From NCBI GenBank assembly GCA_025201805.1, contig MU619321.1, positions 1 to 64,000 on the forward strand: DNA of 64,000 bases, in the 5' to 3' direction. This DNA is from Parasitella parasitica NRRL 2501. Lineage: Eukaryota; Fungi; Mucoromycota. Position numbers and translations under genes: made by a program. Of this stretch, positions 11,560-24,385 are shown piece after piece (the stretch's first letter is position 1; each line of letters begins with the position of its first letter). The notes under the pieces are model-generated. The model did not search any database and was not told the origin of the DNA. It was given only the letters and a program-made list of their open reading frames with translations.

Positions 11560-13997
11560 AGCAACAATAAAGCCGTAGAAGAAAAGAAAAGAAGACTAAA
11601 TCATGACGCGTTTTACATAGTCTATCTACACGTTGATAGTGCTCCTCTACAATAAAGCGGCGTCCAGAGGGCAATGCCTCTTCTTGACAGAAAACAGCCT
11701 TTAGATCATTTAAAATGTCTGGTAGTTGGTATTTTCAGGCGCTGTACTTTGTCAACGTCTTGCCAACTACGATTTATAGAAGAAACAACTAAATCTGTTT
11801 CTTGTAAAGTGATTGATCCCCAAAGCAAGCGACATAATATGCAGGTATCTATTTCCAATATATATTATAGATCACTGTTCACATACAAAATGCTGATTCC
11901 AAGCGTCAGAAACGGACCAACTGCATAATGTATTGTCTTTGAGAAACCAACAATCTTGATCAAATTTGAGCAATTAATCTTTAGCTGTAAAACATCATCT
12001 CAAGTACAATAGTTGTATCCAATAGGCGCATACAGGAAAATTTTAAAAAGCAACGCTTCTATAATATATTTCTGTTAGTGAGCTACTGGATCACTACATT
12101 CTTGGTATACATGCATGCTATTGAAGATCTACCAAAGCCGATCACCTTTTTATGTATAACTGTATACTATTCAAGCCATCATGACCCCTTTAAACAACAA
12201 TCTCGAACCAACTGAATCCTTTGTACTCCTCATTTTATCCAACAAATATAACCTTTTCTTTTAATTAAAATTGCTTTGAACAAATCGATTGTTGCACGAG
12301 ATGATTATTTGCATCATGAGCGATTGATAGCATAATTGTTAATTTTATATAAATTTATCCACTAGCCCGTATATTCAACATTCTAAAACATGTAGGTGCG
12401 ATTTCCCTCCAATTTTTTAGGTATTTTTTTTTTACTCAAACAGGATTGCTTACTTTACAATGTACCGATATTAACGACATATCTAATTTAATCAGTAAAT
12501 GTCATTTATATACATGCGTTAGTAAGCACGCAGCAGTGGTGCTATATAATAGTGTTGGATTCTCATTTTATAAAAGAAAAATAAAGGGGGTTAGGTAAAA
12601 AAAAAAAAAATACACCAAGCGACTATACAGCAGACGAAATCGGAAGGACATGTTAAAACATATTGTGAAATTTGGACAATAAAACCAAGTTCCTTACAAT
12701 TACAGTGGCAAAATCATGTAAGGCATCATGTTCCACTGATGTTGACTTCTGAGGGGGCAAAGCACAAATAAAAGCTAATGCTATACTTTCCCTTTCCTAT
12801 ATTTAGGAGGCCTATATATATATATATTTATATATATTATACAATGTTTTGATGTTGAATGTACCATCACCCTTATTTTTACTTATTAAATATGACTAAA
12901 GACACTGAACTTGGACTCCCTTGTTTAATGGCCATTTCTAGGCAATTTCGTTTCGAAAACCATATAATCGTCTATGCAACACATGGTCTGAATATGTTGT
13001 TTATCTTGCTTTGTTGTATACTGATAAATATGACCTAATCAAGAGACATTGAAGCCTGTTTAAAGTCTGTATACAATATACATCATACCGCTTTAATAAA
13101 ATAATGCTCAGGAAGCAGATATCGATGACTTATACATGGTATATTAGCTTAAAATGCGTGCACTCGTGCTTTTTGTACATTAGGTTGATTTATTGAATTA
13201 TCCCAGGAATGTATTGACAAAAGGGATATCGGTGCATATAATCCAACCCAATGAAGTTGTACTGATATCTCACAAAAGGAGGATTAAAGGAGAATATTTA
13301 CTCTACAACCCTGCTGTCAAATATGAGCGTGCGATTGATAAAACACCCAAAAGACATTGTTATAGCCGAGATGTTGTTGTTATACAATGACGATGCATGG
13401 ATCGACTATGAATTTATACTCTTGTTTGACTTGATCTAGAAGAACATAGTACTCGACCATCCTCCTAATAATACATAAACCTTACAAGTAATGGTCCCTA
13501 AACTGTATCGAATGTGTTTCTCCGACTTCAAGTATAATGTCATATCACACCAAACAGTACATATATTTTTGATGTCTCTCCTTTTTGTTCTGTAGGTACT
13601 TTATGTATCATCATAATGAACCATCAAGCTGTTCCCCTCGTTGTCATTGTGCCTTCCATATTTGTTTTTTTTTTCTTTTAACTTTACTGCAATTTTCGAT
13701 CGTGTTTTATTGTTGCCATGGAGACAGAGAAGAGATATTATAAAACAACTAACATGATCTTGTTACTGAGAATAAGCCAACAAAAAAGCCTGATTAATTG
13801 AAATCCTTTCGGCTCATTTTACGTATTTATACATATATATAAAACGTCAGGGTCTAATATACATGAGATTGCACTGCACCATGGCAAAGTAGTAAACCAT
13901 CATTCCTACATCTCGTGTAGATGTTTACCGCCGTCCATCAAACAAACACATACGTTTTTCCCTCCTCCTCGATTGCTCCCTAACTGTGGAATTTGTG

Positions 13998-14071
13998 CCC
14001 CCCCCCCCTCCCTCTCTCTCTTTCTCTCTCTCTCTATCTCTCTCTGTCTCTCTCTCTCTCAAACACACACA
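13998..14071. repeat. poly-C / (CT)n / (CA)n microsatellite upstream of the homeobox gene
   Basis: Seen directly in the sequence. Confidence 0.9.
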
Positions 14072-14268
14072 CTTTTTTTCTCCTCTAATCTAGTATTTTC
14101 CTTTTTACAGTTCAATTGAACAAATGCGCATGTATGTGTATGTTTATGTATATATATCCCCTTATATAATACATAAATCCTTCACTCCCTGATTTCTTTT
14201 TTCATATATAAATAAGCTGCTCCAAGTAAAAGCATTTCAATTATAATCATCTTTTTTAATACAACATC

Positions 14269-15479
14269 ATGTCACCCGAAATGTTAATGCAGCCCTTTGA
14301 GCAAACCTTTAATGTAGTGTCACCTGCAACACAACAAGGGTTTTATGGACATCATCTTGTCAACATGGAAACAATAAATGACAACAATTACTTGCTGAGC
14401 TATGTTCACCCTCATCACCCATATCAATATCAACAACAGCAACAGCAACAGCAACAGCATATGGATGCTAATGGTGATTTCAGACCTTCATTCTACAACC
14501 CATTTGAAATCAAGCATCGCAGACGTACATCTCGTGCTCAGCTAAAGGTCCTCGAGAAATCTTTTTCAGAGAATCCAAAACCTAATGCAACAGTACGTCG
14601 TATTCTCGCCCAAAAGCTAGATATGACGCCTCGCGGCGTGCAAATATGGTTCCAAAACCGTAGAGCCAAGGCCAAGCTATTAAGACGCAAATCAGGACAA
14701 GAAGGAGGAAACGAAGAAGATCATGACCAAGACCAATCATCAAAGCAGCAATTGAACCAGCAAGATGCTTCACCTGTCTTGTTCTCTCAATTTTTTAACA
14801 ACCTCAAGATGTGGGATAACAACAATGCTCGTTCTTTGGCTACTGCCGCCGCTGCTTCCTGCATATTTGATAATGACAGCAGTGACTTGATTAGTGGACA
14901 GCAGCATATGATGGCATTTCCTATTCATCCACTGGCTCCCGTCATTGATCAATCCCATGGGCCATCTTCTTCATTGACAACACCCGATGAATTTAACTTT
15001 ATTAATTTAGAAGATTGGAGAAGAAGATCATGCCCTGCTTTAGGCACAGTTGCCGAGCAACAACAGCCCTTCTTCCAGGTAAAGATTATTGTGCAACATC
15101 CACCTGGATGACATGAATGCTAACAGCTGTCAATATGTAGATGGATCCTACTACTCTTGCAAACACAAGCATCAATAGGCGTATGACAACATTTGAGGAT
15201 GCTGAAGCCAAGCATCACTTTGTTCAGCCGTTCCCCATTTTGAAGCCATCCAATAGTGAATGCAGTACGCCTAGATGGAACAGCACATCTTCGTCTTTTT
15301 CTTCTTCATCATCAAACAGTCCATCCAACATGGATCTCTACAGCATGAACTACTCTCCATTGTCACAACAATTAACACCTATGCTCTCAACCGGCTCACC
15401 TGTACCCTCTATCGACGGCGGCTACTACGATTCGTGCCTTGATTTACTAATGAACTGTAGCCCATCAAATGATAAATAG
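14269..15479 (+). CDS. Homeodomain transcription factor, intron 15079-15140
   Basis: HRRRTSRAQLKVLEKSF...PRGVQIWFQNRRAK homeodomain; the GT-AG intron joins ORF 14269 to ORF 15141 in frame. Confidence 0.92.
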
Positions 15480-15846
15480 TTGTCCTATGATTCAACCACT
15501 ATCTTCCCCTTCATTGCAAGCATATGAACTGTCGCGCTTTAACTTATGCCTTACATACTCTCAAATTACATCATACATAGCACTGCATTTTCTCTTTGAT
15601 TACATATACCTTTCTCCTCTTCTCCCTTTTTCCCACTAATTATGCTTTTCCAATACATACCTAAATACGTACATCTGTACGTACATACATTCATACATTC
15701 ATACATACAAACATACATACATACATATATATATGTATATATAAATTCATATATAGAGACATAAATGTGTATACGCTTTACAAGTCAAACTATATACATC
15801 CATTCATTCAGTTTTATACAAACCATCATTTTTAATGAATAATAAA

Positions 15847-18800
15847 CTATTTAACTTTTGATCGAACGTAAAATAGATTGTATGCTGCTTTCGTCTAGCA
15901 AAAAAAATAAATAAAAGATAAGCTGAGTCATTGAATAAATAGCCACATATCCCGAGCCTTACCACAGCTTTCGATTCCTCCATCAACTTCAATCTACTAT
16001 CATCAAAAAAGTGCCACTTGTCGCTGTATCCATCTCTTACGCTTGCGGTATCTATTCATAATTTTAGCATGACTGCAACTCGATGGTAGGTCTCATCCAT
16101 TACTTACAATGTCCGCCAGTAAGTGATCCATAGTGGTTCTGTAAACACGAGGTTATTACAAGACATGGGAAATTAATCGTCAATCCCTCATGCACAACTT
16201 ACCGATACAGCATAAAGATCATAAATAAAAGATGGCCGATCTTGCGGTGGTGAGGGGGTCATTGACATCGGAACGTATCCCGATAGATCCAAGCTCCTGT
16301 ATTTTTTTTTTTTTTTTTTTTTCATATACGCATTAATAACAGAAGGGGTAAGGAGGCTCCTCCAACTCTGTACATACCTAGTAGGACATTTCACCATAAT
16401 ATCCAGCTTATTTCTAAACAGTCCTTCCATCGAGAACCGCTTCAACTGTATTAATAGTACGTCAGGCAGTCTGCTCAACGTCAGCTGCTTGGAGGCTTTG
16501 CGTTTCTTTTGACATTTCGGACATCGCCATGCATCTTCTTTGTCCAAGACTTCTTCTTTCACAAAATAATCCAAGCACTGGTTCAAGGTCACACTAGAGA
16601 TCCGCATCTTTTTCGTTGGTATAGGCAGAGAAAGCGACATAAAGGAATTGTAAGTGGTCGATGTCTAATTGTTAAAAGTATGAGTATCTAGGTAGTTTGT
16701 TCACGCACCCTCGCTTACATGTTTGCACGTAAGGCAAGTTAGTCGACTACGGTATTGGCCCTGGAATAAACTGACAATAATGCTAGAGTTGGTTGCTAAA
16801 TATCTGTCCCATGATAATGCACTAGCTTGCCAGTCAGGTAATCTCTCAAATTCCGCGTCATCCTGCACTAATGTCATCCTTTTGTTACAGTTCTGGTTCA
16901 AATCCTCGTGTAGTGCATCCAGTATAAATATCAAAAACTCCTGTGAATCATGCTGATCCGTATTTCTAAACTGAGGTGCAAATGCCATGATGGCCTCTCT
17001 AAATGTCATGGGTGATATAAAGTTATAGTTCTCACTCCACATGGATCGCACCAGGCCGGCAAAACTTTCGACCAGCACGCCCCTTGTGCCTTTCTCGTTG
17101 GCTTTATTCACATGCTGCTTGAATACGCCCGCTAAACGATACGTACCCATGTATTAGTGGCCATTACTGCTCGCTATAAAAAAAATAAACTTACATGTGA
17201 AATACCTTGCCAAGGGAATGGTCCCACTCAGACACTGAACAATAGAGTTTATATAACACGTATTCCCCAAATTTGTCAAGCCAGTGGCTCCTACGGTTAC
17301 TACAGAGTTGAGCTGGGAAAACGAAGGACTGGCCGCTGGACTGTTGGACGCATGGATATTGTTAGCAGACACATGATGGAACTCTGCAAGCGCTGAGGGT
17401 CGGCTGATGGAGACAGTGGGCTCAGCAGACGAAGACCTTGTCTGCATCCGTACATTGGCAGTGGATGGTTTGTCTTCGTTATGATGGTATGTCATGGGGG
17501 GGACATCGTACAAGTTACTGGTCGTGGTCGTAAATCCATTAAAGGGGTTGTCTATAAATGTTCTTTGTCTATGCAGTTTGGGATACGAAGGCGGAATGGG
17601 CCGTAATTCCCTCGGTGGCTGCTGTTTCTGCTGTGAAGAGGGCAGCGGTAAGATTTCATTTGACGCTAGTGGTTCGAAATAGCGTGTTGTCTGTGATTCT
17701 TTTCTCGGTGCGGTTGGCAATGGCTGAGGTTTAGATATTTGCGGCTGCTTAGGGCTCCCTTTATCAAAGTAGTCGTACAACGAGTTTTGTGGTGTGCTCC
17801 CGCTGCCATTGGATTTGAGCCATTGCTTTTTGTCTTTTAGCACTGGAAATCTGTAGATGCCTCTTTCTCCCACTGCCAACATCCACGCATCAAATCCACC
17901 TGCCAGCATTTTTGGGGAGTGCTTCATTTTTTGCCCTGATTCCAACACCCGTCGGATATTGAATGCTGGCTTGTATGCAGTCTCTACTGTTTTGCTATTT
18001 TGATCGTAGTAGACAATCAGATCGAACTTTGTTCTTTCCGCGAATAACGTCTGCTCAGCCTCAGGGTTGCGTAATAAAGAGTCTTGAATTTTCATTGTCG
18101 TGGCACTGTATACCGATTGTGGTGAATAACACGAGTGTAAGCGTACAGGCATGAATAAACTTACTCGGGCTGGAGTACCACAGGTTCGATTTGAATAATC
18201 CATTGATGTTTGACACAGCCATTTTTGAATGCTTCTCTAGGTCGAACGTCAACTAGCAAAATGCTGGGAGGATTCGATTTCGTAGTGATTAGTTTTGCAA
18301 GCTCAATAGGCTGAATGGTTGGGGAATCAGGAAATTGATTGTTTGTCCATGATGGTAACTGGATCACGTTATTTTCGGACACCTTTAAAGCAGATGTGTT
18401 CTGTGCCAGCTGATTCATACTATTTTGCGGTATTTGGCTAGTGTTGCAAGTAGTAGTCGTGGTGTGGGCAGTGGCAGCGGGTAAATCGTTCAACGAGTAA
18501 TGAGGAAAGTTTCTAGGGTCATGGCTTGGAATGTAGGCGTAAGATGCGACTTGTGTCGTCGTTATTGAATTCGTAGGGTTGGCGTTAAAGTAGGTATTGA
18601 TATGGTACGGTTGCTGCAGTTGGCTTTGCTGTCTTGAGAGCATATACCAAGCTTCTATTCGCAGCGATAAATCCTGCAGTAAAGCAAATATTTCGTCGTT
18701 TGTCCTCTGGTCGGTCGTTGGGGGGTCAGTAACACACAGTAATAAAATGGCAGACATGCATAGTAGATACCTTTTTCAAGCCCAAGAAGACTGAATCCTG

Positions 18801-18973
18801 TCTCACTTGATTGTAGCACGAATGAAATTTGATAATTTCCACCATAATGCTGAGAACCATGTCAGAAACCGCACACATATCAAAGAATTCTAGTTTTTTG
18901 CTCTTACCTACAGCCTCTCATATACGAAATGTATGCGCTTTCCAGGTTGTTGTTTAGTATGGCCAGATCGCCC

Positions 18974-19033
<60 letters not shown>

Positions 19034-19257
19034 TTTATAATAAATCTGTGGTTACTCGCTGCACAATGATGGCGAAACAAGCAATTCCAAAGTACCTGTT
19101 CGTAGAGCTTGATAACCGAGTTGACCCATCTTTTTATGTCGTATGTCTCTGTATCTGCCTTGTCCACATAGGCTTTTTGTCGCAAATCGTCAATCAGACT
19201 GGGTGGTGCGCTTTGTTTATGGTGTATATTTACATGATTATTTAGAGATGTGGACAT
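15847..19257 (-). CDS. DOA4: Ubiquitin-specific protease with rhodanese domain (Doa4/USP8-like), multi-exon
   Basis: Rhodanese LLVDVRPREAF; Cys box GLTNLGNTCYINSIVQCL; QHDSQEFL; WRCPKC; His box NHYGSLTGGHYTA; KAAYNLFY. Confidence 0.9.
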
Positions 19258-19437
19258 GACGTTGGGAAAAGAAAAGAAAGGTAAAGAAAAGCAATTTTCA
19301 AAGTCCAGCTTTCTCAAGGAGAACCTGAAAACGACGAAACTAGCTTCTATGACAAAGGGTGCTATTGTTGTCGTTTGTATCAAAAATAGAAGCTTATTTA
19401 GTGTTAACAATGAAACCATCGTCTGGTTGGCTTTTAT

Positions 19438-19511
19438 ATTATTATTACTATTACTATTACTATTACTATTATTATTTTTATTATTGTTATTATTATTTTT
19501 ATTATTATTAT
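19438..19511. repeat. (TTA/TAC)n trinucleotide microsatellite
   Basis: Seen directly in the sequence. Confidence 0.9.
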
Positions 19512-19576
19512 CTCATGTCACTTTTTAGCAGATCAATGCATAGTGAGGTAGGGTTTGCTGCCTATAGATGTGTCGA

Positions 19577-21842
19577 TTATTGAAGGCGGAAAGAAAGCGC
19601 TCTGTGCTGGTTATCATCATTCTTTGAGACAAAAGTGTATTTGCCAATCCAATCAAGCACTACAATCAGCATATAGCATTGGTATACAAGAACAATAAAA
19701 ACGTTTGCCTTTTTTTTTTTTTTTTTTCTTACCTTCATTATGCCATTTTAAGGAATTGGCAGGCTTCAACACCCAATGATTTTCATCAGGAAAATACAGC
19801 AAACGAGATGCGACGCCTTGCCTTTGAAGTGCGGTGAAGGTTGACAAGGACTCACCAAATGTCAGCCTAAAGTCATTGCCACCGTGAATAACTAATGTAG
19901 GCGTCTTCCAGTTTTGAACAAAGTTAGATGGGGACCATTTCTCATACGTCTCTCGCTGATCCGCACGAACTGGCGAGCCGCCAAATTCCTTCTCGGCAAA
20001 GTAAAGTTCGTCTGTGGTGTAGTAGACTTGAGTTGTTGAAAAGACGCCGTCATGATTGACAAGAGCTTTGAATTTGTTGCTATGGCTGTTCAACCAGTTG
20101 GCCATATAACCACCATAGGACCCGCCAAGTCCAGCAACACGCTCAGCGTCGAGATAGTCAAACTTATCCAGCACATAGTCAAGGCCAGTTTCGAGGTCAT
20201 AGAATGGGTGCGATCCCCAGTTCCCGCCAATAGAGTCGGTGAATGCCTGGCCATAGCCGGTAGAGCCGTGGAAATTGATAGCCACTACACCGTAGCCTGC
20301 ACCGGCAAAGATTTGAGGGTTCCAGCGAGTTGACCAATTGTCATTCCAACTGCCCTGAGGTCCACCATGAATCAAAAATGCAACAGGATACTTTTTGCTT
20401 TGCTCAAAATTAGCAGGCTTAAGGTACCAGCCGTGCACCTCTTGATCCATTGCGCCAATAAATGAAATATCCTCTGGCTCGGAAAATTGAATAGACTTGA
20501 GCTTGCTGGCCAATCCACTCTCAACCGCCAAAGGCTTGACCTGCTTGCTTTGAACATTCAATACATGGGGAGCAACAGGATGCTTCATGGAGCTAGCGCC
20601 GTAAAAGATCTCGCCGGAAGCAAGCACGGTCAAACCAGTAGCATACTTGGTTTCAGTCAACGTATCTACAGCTTCGGTCTCGAGGTCAACGGCAAAGATT
20701 TTGTTGCGACCTTTTTGCTCAGCGGTGACGTACAGAGTCTTGGAGTCGAGCGACGAAGTAACTTCATGAGGGGAAGAGTCCCACGATTCAGCAACAACCT
20801 TTCTTTCCTCAGTGGTGGGATCGTAGACGACAATGCGATTGCGGTCGGCTTCATATTGGGGTGTGTACATCTGAAAGTAGACCAATTGACCAGAGCCGGT
20901 GAAATGAGGGCACGAAGAGGCAGCAGGGATGTCCTTATTGATAGCAACAGGCTCATGTTTTCCAGAGGTAGACACCGTGTACACATGGGCAGATGTTTGC
21001 CAGGCGTTGTCAGTTGAAGTGATCTTTGCTATAAACGCAATTTGAGACGCATCCGGAGAAATGTCGTAATCACTGGTGTCGCCTTGTGGGAAGCTGGGCG
21101 ATTCTAATCCACTGTGCTGCAATAGATTGATGGGCTTATCGGCCATCTGGTACTTGGCATCGTGGGTAATCTCCAAGCGCACTACAAAAATGTTGTTCTT
21201 TTTCTCCTTGACATAGGCATCCCAGTGTCTTACCATAAGCTGTTCATACACCATTGAGGTGTCCTTTTTGGTCTTTTCAATGTCCTTGTCCCTTTGCAGG
21301 GTACTATCAAGGTCTTGGAGATCGTTGTACACAGATGCAGAAAACGCCAACAACCTGTGCTTGCTGTTGTATTTTATGTTTTCAACAGGGATAGGGAAGT
21401 CTGAGAGGCGGTACGATTCTCTGTTGCCTAAATTGAGCACATGGAGTTGGTCTACTTTGTCATCAGAGTCGGCTTGGTGGTGAAAGTAGGCGACGTGCTC
21501 ATCATCCAAGAAAAAGGGCTCCGTATCAGCAGTGTCGAAGGAGGGCTTGGTCAGCTCTTGCACAGTATTGTCGTTTATATTCAAAAGATAAAGGCTACGA
21601 ACAGTCTAAGGGACATTGTATCATTTACTGCCCCGCTCTGCCCTTGTTTCTGTATTCGCACTTACCTTGGCTTGATCAATGTTATATGCCGATTGAGAAT
21701 AAACAGCCAAAGTGCCATTAGGGGATGGAACAGGAACGCCAGGCCTTGCTAATTGGATTAAATCCACAGGTGTAAATCGATCGGCCATGACAATACTGCT
21801 AGACACCAAACCAAAAAGAAGAAGCGTGCTTTTAACCAACAT
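19577..21842 (-). CDS. DPP5: Secreted dipeptidyl-peptidase 5 (S9 family), 2 introns
   Basis: Signal-peptide-like N terminus; IHGGPQGSW; catalytic GGSYGG; HGGNDFR; YFPDENHW. Confidence 0.9.
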
Positions 21843-22458
21843 GGACAATCTACGCGAATAATTTATTCAAAAAGCAAAAAAGAGAAAAAAAAAAGTTCGA
21901 TTTACATTAGAGAGGAGAATTTTGCTAGATTCCACTTTTGGCGAAAATCACCTAAAATGTCCCATCACAAACTTCACATGAGCAATCCCTTATAGTCGAC
22001 AAAATTAGGTTTGGCCAATGGATAAAAAGTTTTGATCATTTCAAAATTCAATTGGGACGAAAATGGGGCATTCTAGTCTTTTTTTAAACTGCTCAAAATC
22101 TATCTTCAGAATTAAAGGACAAGCTCGTCTATATCAAAGTAGAGATTGATTATATACAAGTAGTTGTAATATATTATCATTAGACGCAGAATTAAACTTG
22201 TTGCACTAGAGCAAGCTACTATACAGGTTTGGTACAAAAGCAAGCTCTTTTCCAAACGCCGAGATGTATCCAGAAACATTGGTAGGTTGGACAAATGCTT
22301 TAAATAGGTGGTGTATTTGGTTGCAATGCTTGCAATCAACTAATAATTATGTTTGTAATAAAAGATATATGAGTATTATTTTTAAAAATGTTTGTTTGAT
22401 TCTTTTCATGTATTTTTTGATCAAAAGGAATTGTGTCTGTAGCTTTTTATTTATTTAT

Positions 22459-24069
22459 TTAGGATTTGGATTTTTTAGGATTCAGATTTTCATCATCCGT
22501 ACTGTCAAAATTCCTTTTGCTATCACTAAAATGAATTCCAATTTAGCAAACTACAAGATGAACACTTTTAAGAGACACTTACGATATTTCCGGCTTCAAT
22601 GGCGAAGGTCTATAATCTCTCTGTGGGGCTGGTGGTGGCCAGTTAAATGCATTACTTATTGCACCGCCACCGGAATTATGATTGTTGGCAGTAATAGGCG
22701 TTGACGAGAAATTTAGCGGGCTCGGTAACTCGTTTTGTTGATAGAATTCTGGATAAAACGTCGAAGGAGAGGGCAGATTTTGAGCAAATTGAGATGGTAA
22801 CGCCGATGGCGGGCCAGGTTCAGGTTGCCGGTAATAGGGTTGCGAAGAAGGAGGAAAGCTATGATGAAGAGGTGCTGCATTTACTTCGTCTTTTCCTACT
22901 TCGTCTTTCACACTTGATGCAGTCGATGATACAGAAGATACACTTAATTGATGTCGATGCTTTGAAGGATCGGGCGATTCATTAGGGCCTGGTTCTGGAA
23001 TTTGAAGTCTTAGTTTAGGTGGTTTTTTACCGGTACTGACACTGCTATGCGTTGATAAGGCAGGACTAGCAGGAGGCCCCAAGTTGGGTGAAGATACTGT
23101 ACTTAGGTTAGATCCATGTTGTAAAGATGTCTGTCTACTATGCTGTGCAGATGGTTGAGGACTAACAGAATATTGCTGTTGGCGTTGCTGCTGCTGTTGG
23201 TATTGCTGAGGATGATGCTGTTGCTGGTGGTATTGCTGCTGTTGGTGCTGAGGAGGTACAATGCCATAAGAAGAGGAAGAGGGCATATGAGGATGCTGAT
23301 GGTGATGAAGAGGAGGCTGTTGCTGAGTCCCAGGGCCACCAAACATATACACTGGTTGCTGATGTTGAGGTGGCATATTATACATGTCATAACCTACTTG
23401 TTGCTGATGTTGCTGAGGATGACCATAGCGCATCTGCTGCGGCTGTTGAGGATAATGCATTTGCTGTGGGGGCTGCTGGGGATACATGACAGTAGATCTA
23501 TGGTTTGCTTGAGTTGGTACAGTTACATTCGACACGGATTTTTTGCTGGTATTTATCATCATCATTTGATCCGTATCATTCTCTCCACCTTGTACACTGG
23601 CGCTTCCACCCACAGAATTTACGTTGTGATTTGATCCGTCACCGCCGCCGTCATCGTCATCGTCTTCCTTTATTGACTCGTCTTGGTCAGTCGAATTGAT
23701 GAAATCTTGGTTCGACTTGCTCTCATGAGGCTCATTGTACTATTAGATGAAAAACACGTCAATTAGGCTCTTTTGTTAGCAGTGACTCGAGGTTATGTTT
23801 TACTTCGGTGTACTTCATTAGAATCTTGTCGATATCAGTGCTGGCGTACTGCACAAGTTTTCCATTGTTGTTAAATATGATCAACGCAATTTCACAATCA
23901 CATAGAACGCTCAATTCGTAAGCTTTCTTCATCAATCCATGTTTTCTTTTTAAAAATGTAACCTTGAAATTATGTGTATCAGATTTTATGATAAATTGGC
24001 CACTTTTTGGTTTACCTGTCGGTTACGATCATCCTTGATAGACTGGATCTTAATTTTCTTGCGGCCCAT
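22459..24069 (-). CDS. RLM1: MEF2-type MADS-box transcription factor (Rlm1/Smp1-like), 3 introns
   Basis: [18 protein letters not shown]|[30 protein letters not shown]; C-terminal [19 protein letters not shown]. Confidence 0.88.
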
Positions 24070-24385
24070 GGGTTTATAAATAAGTTATTATGTTTGATGG
24101 TTGCTATGATAACCAAACACAAGAAAATATTTAAAGAATTATTTTTAAAAGACTTATTTTGTTGCCAATTTTTGGAGATATAAATATACTTTTTTTTTTT
24201 ATAGAAACAAAAAACTTGCCCGAGTTTTATTTTCTATATTGAACAAAAAAAAAAAAAAAAGGGAGGGGGGGATTCTAGGTTGAAGGGGGTAAAATAGGCT
24301 GAAAGGCAAAGAGAGACAGAGAGAAAGGGGATTTGAAATCATCCGTGTGTAGCAATATATAGCAAGCTATTTATAGCTGATATTC

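Noticed and set aside
11600-13600. Small ORFs in the ELG1-homeobox intergenic region
   Set aside because: No coherent exon structure or recognisable domain.
19250-19583. Poly-Leu and poly-Tyr ORFs
   Set aside because: Translations of the TTA microsatellite.
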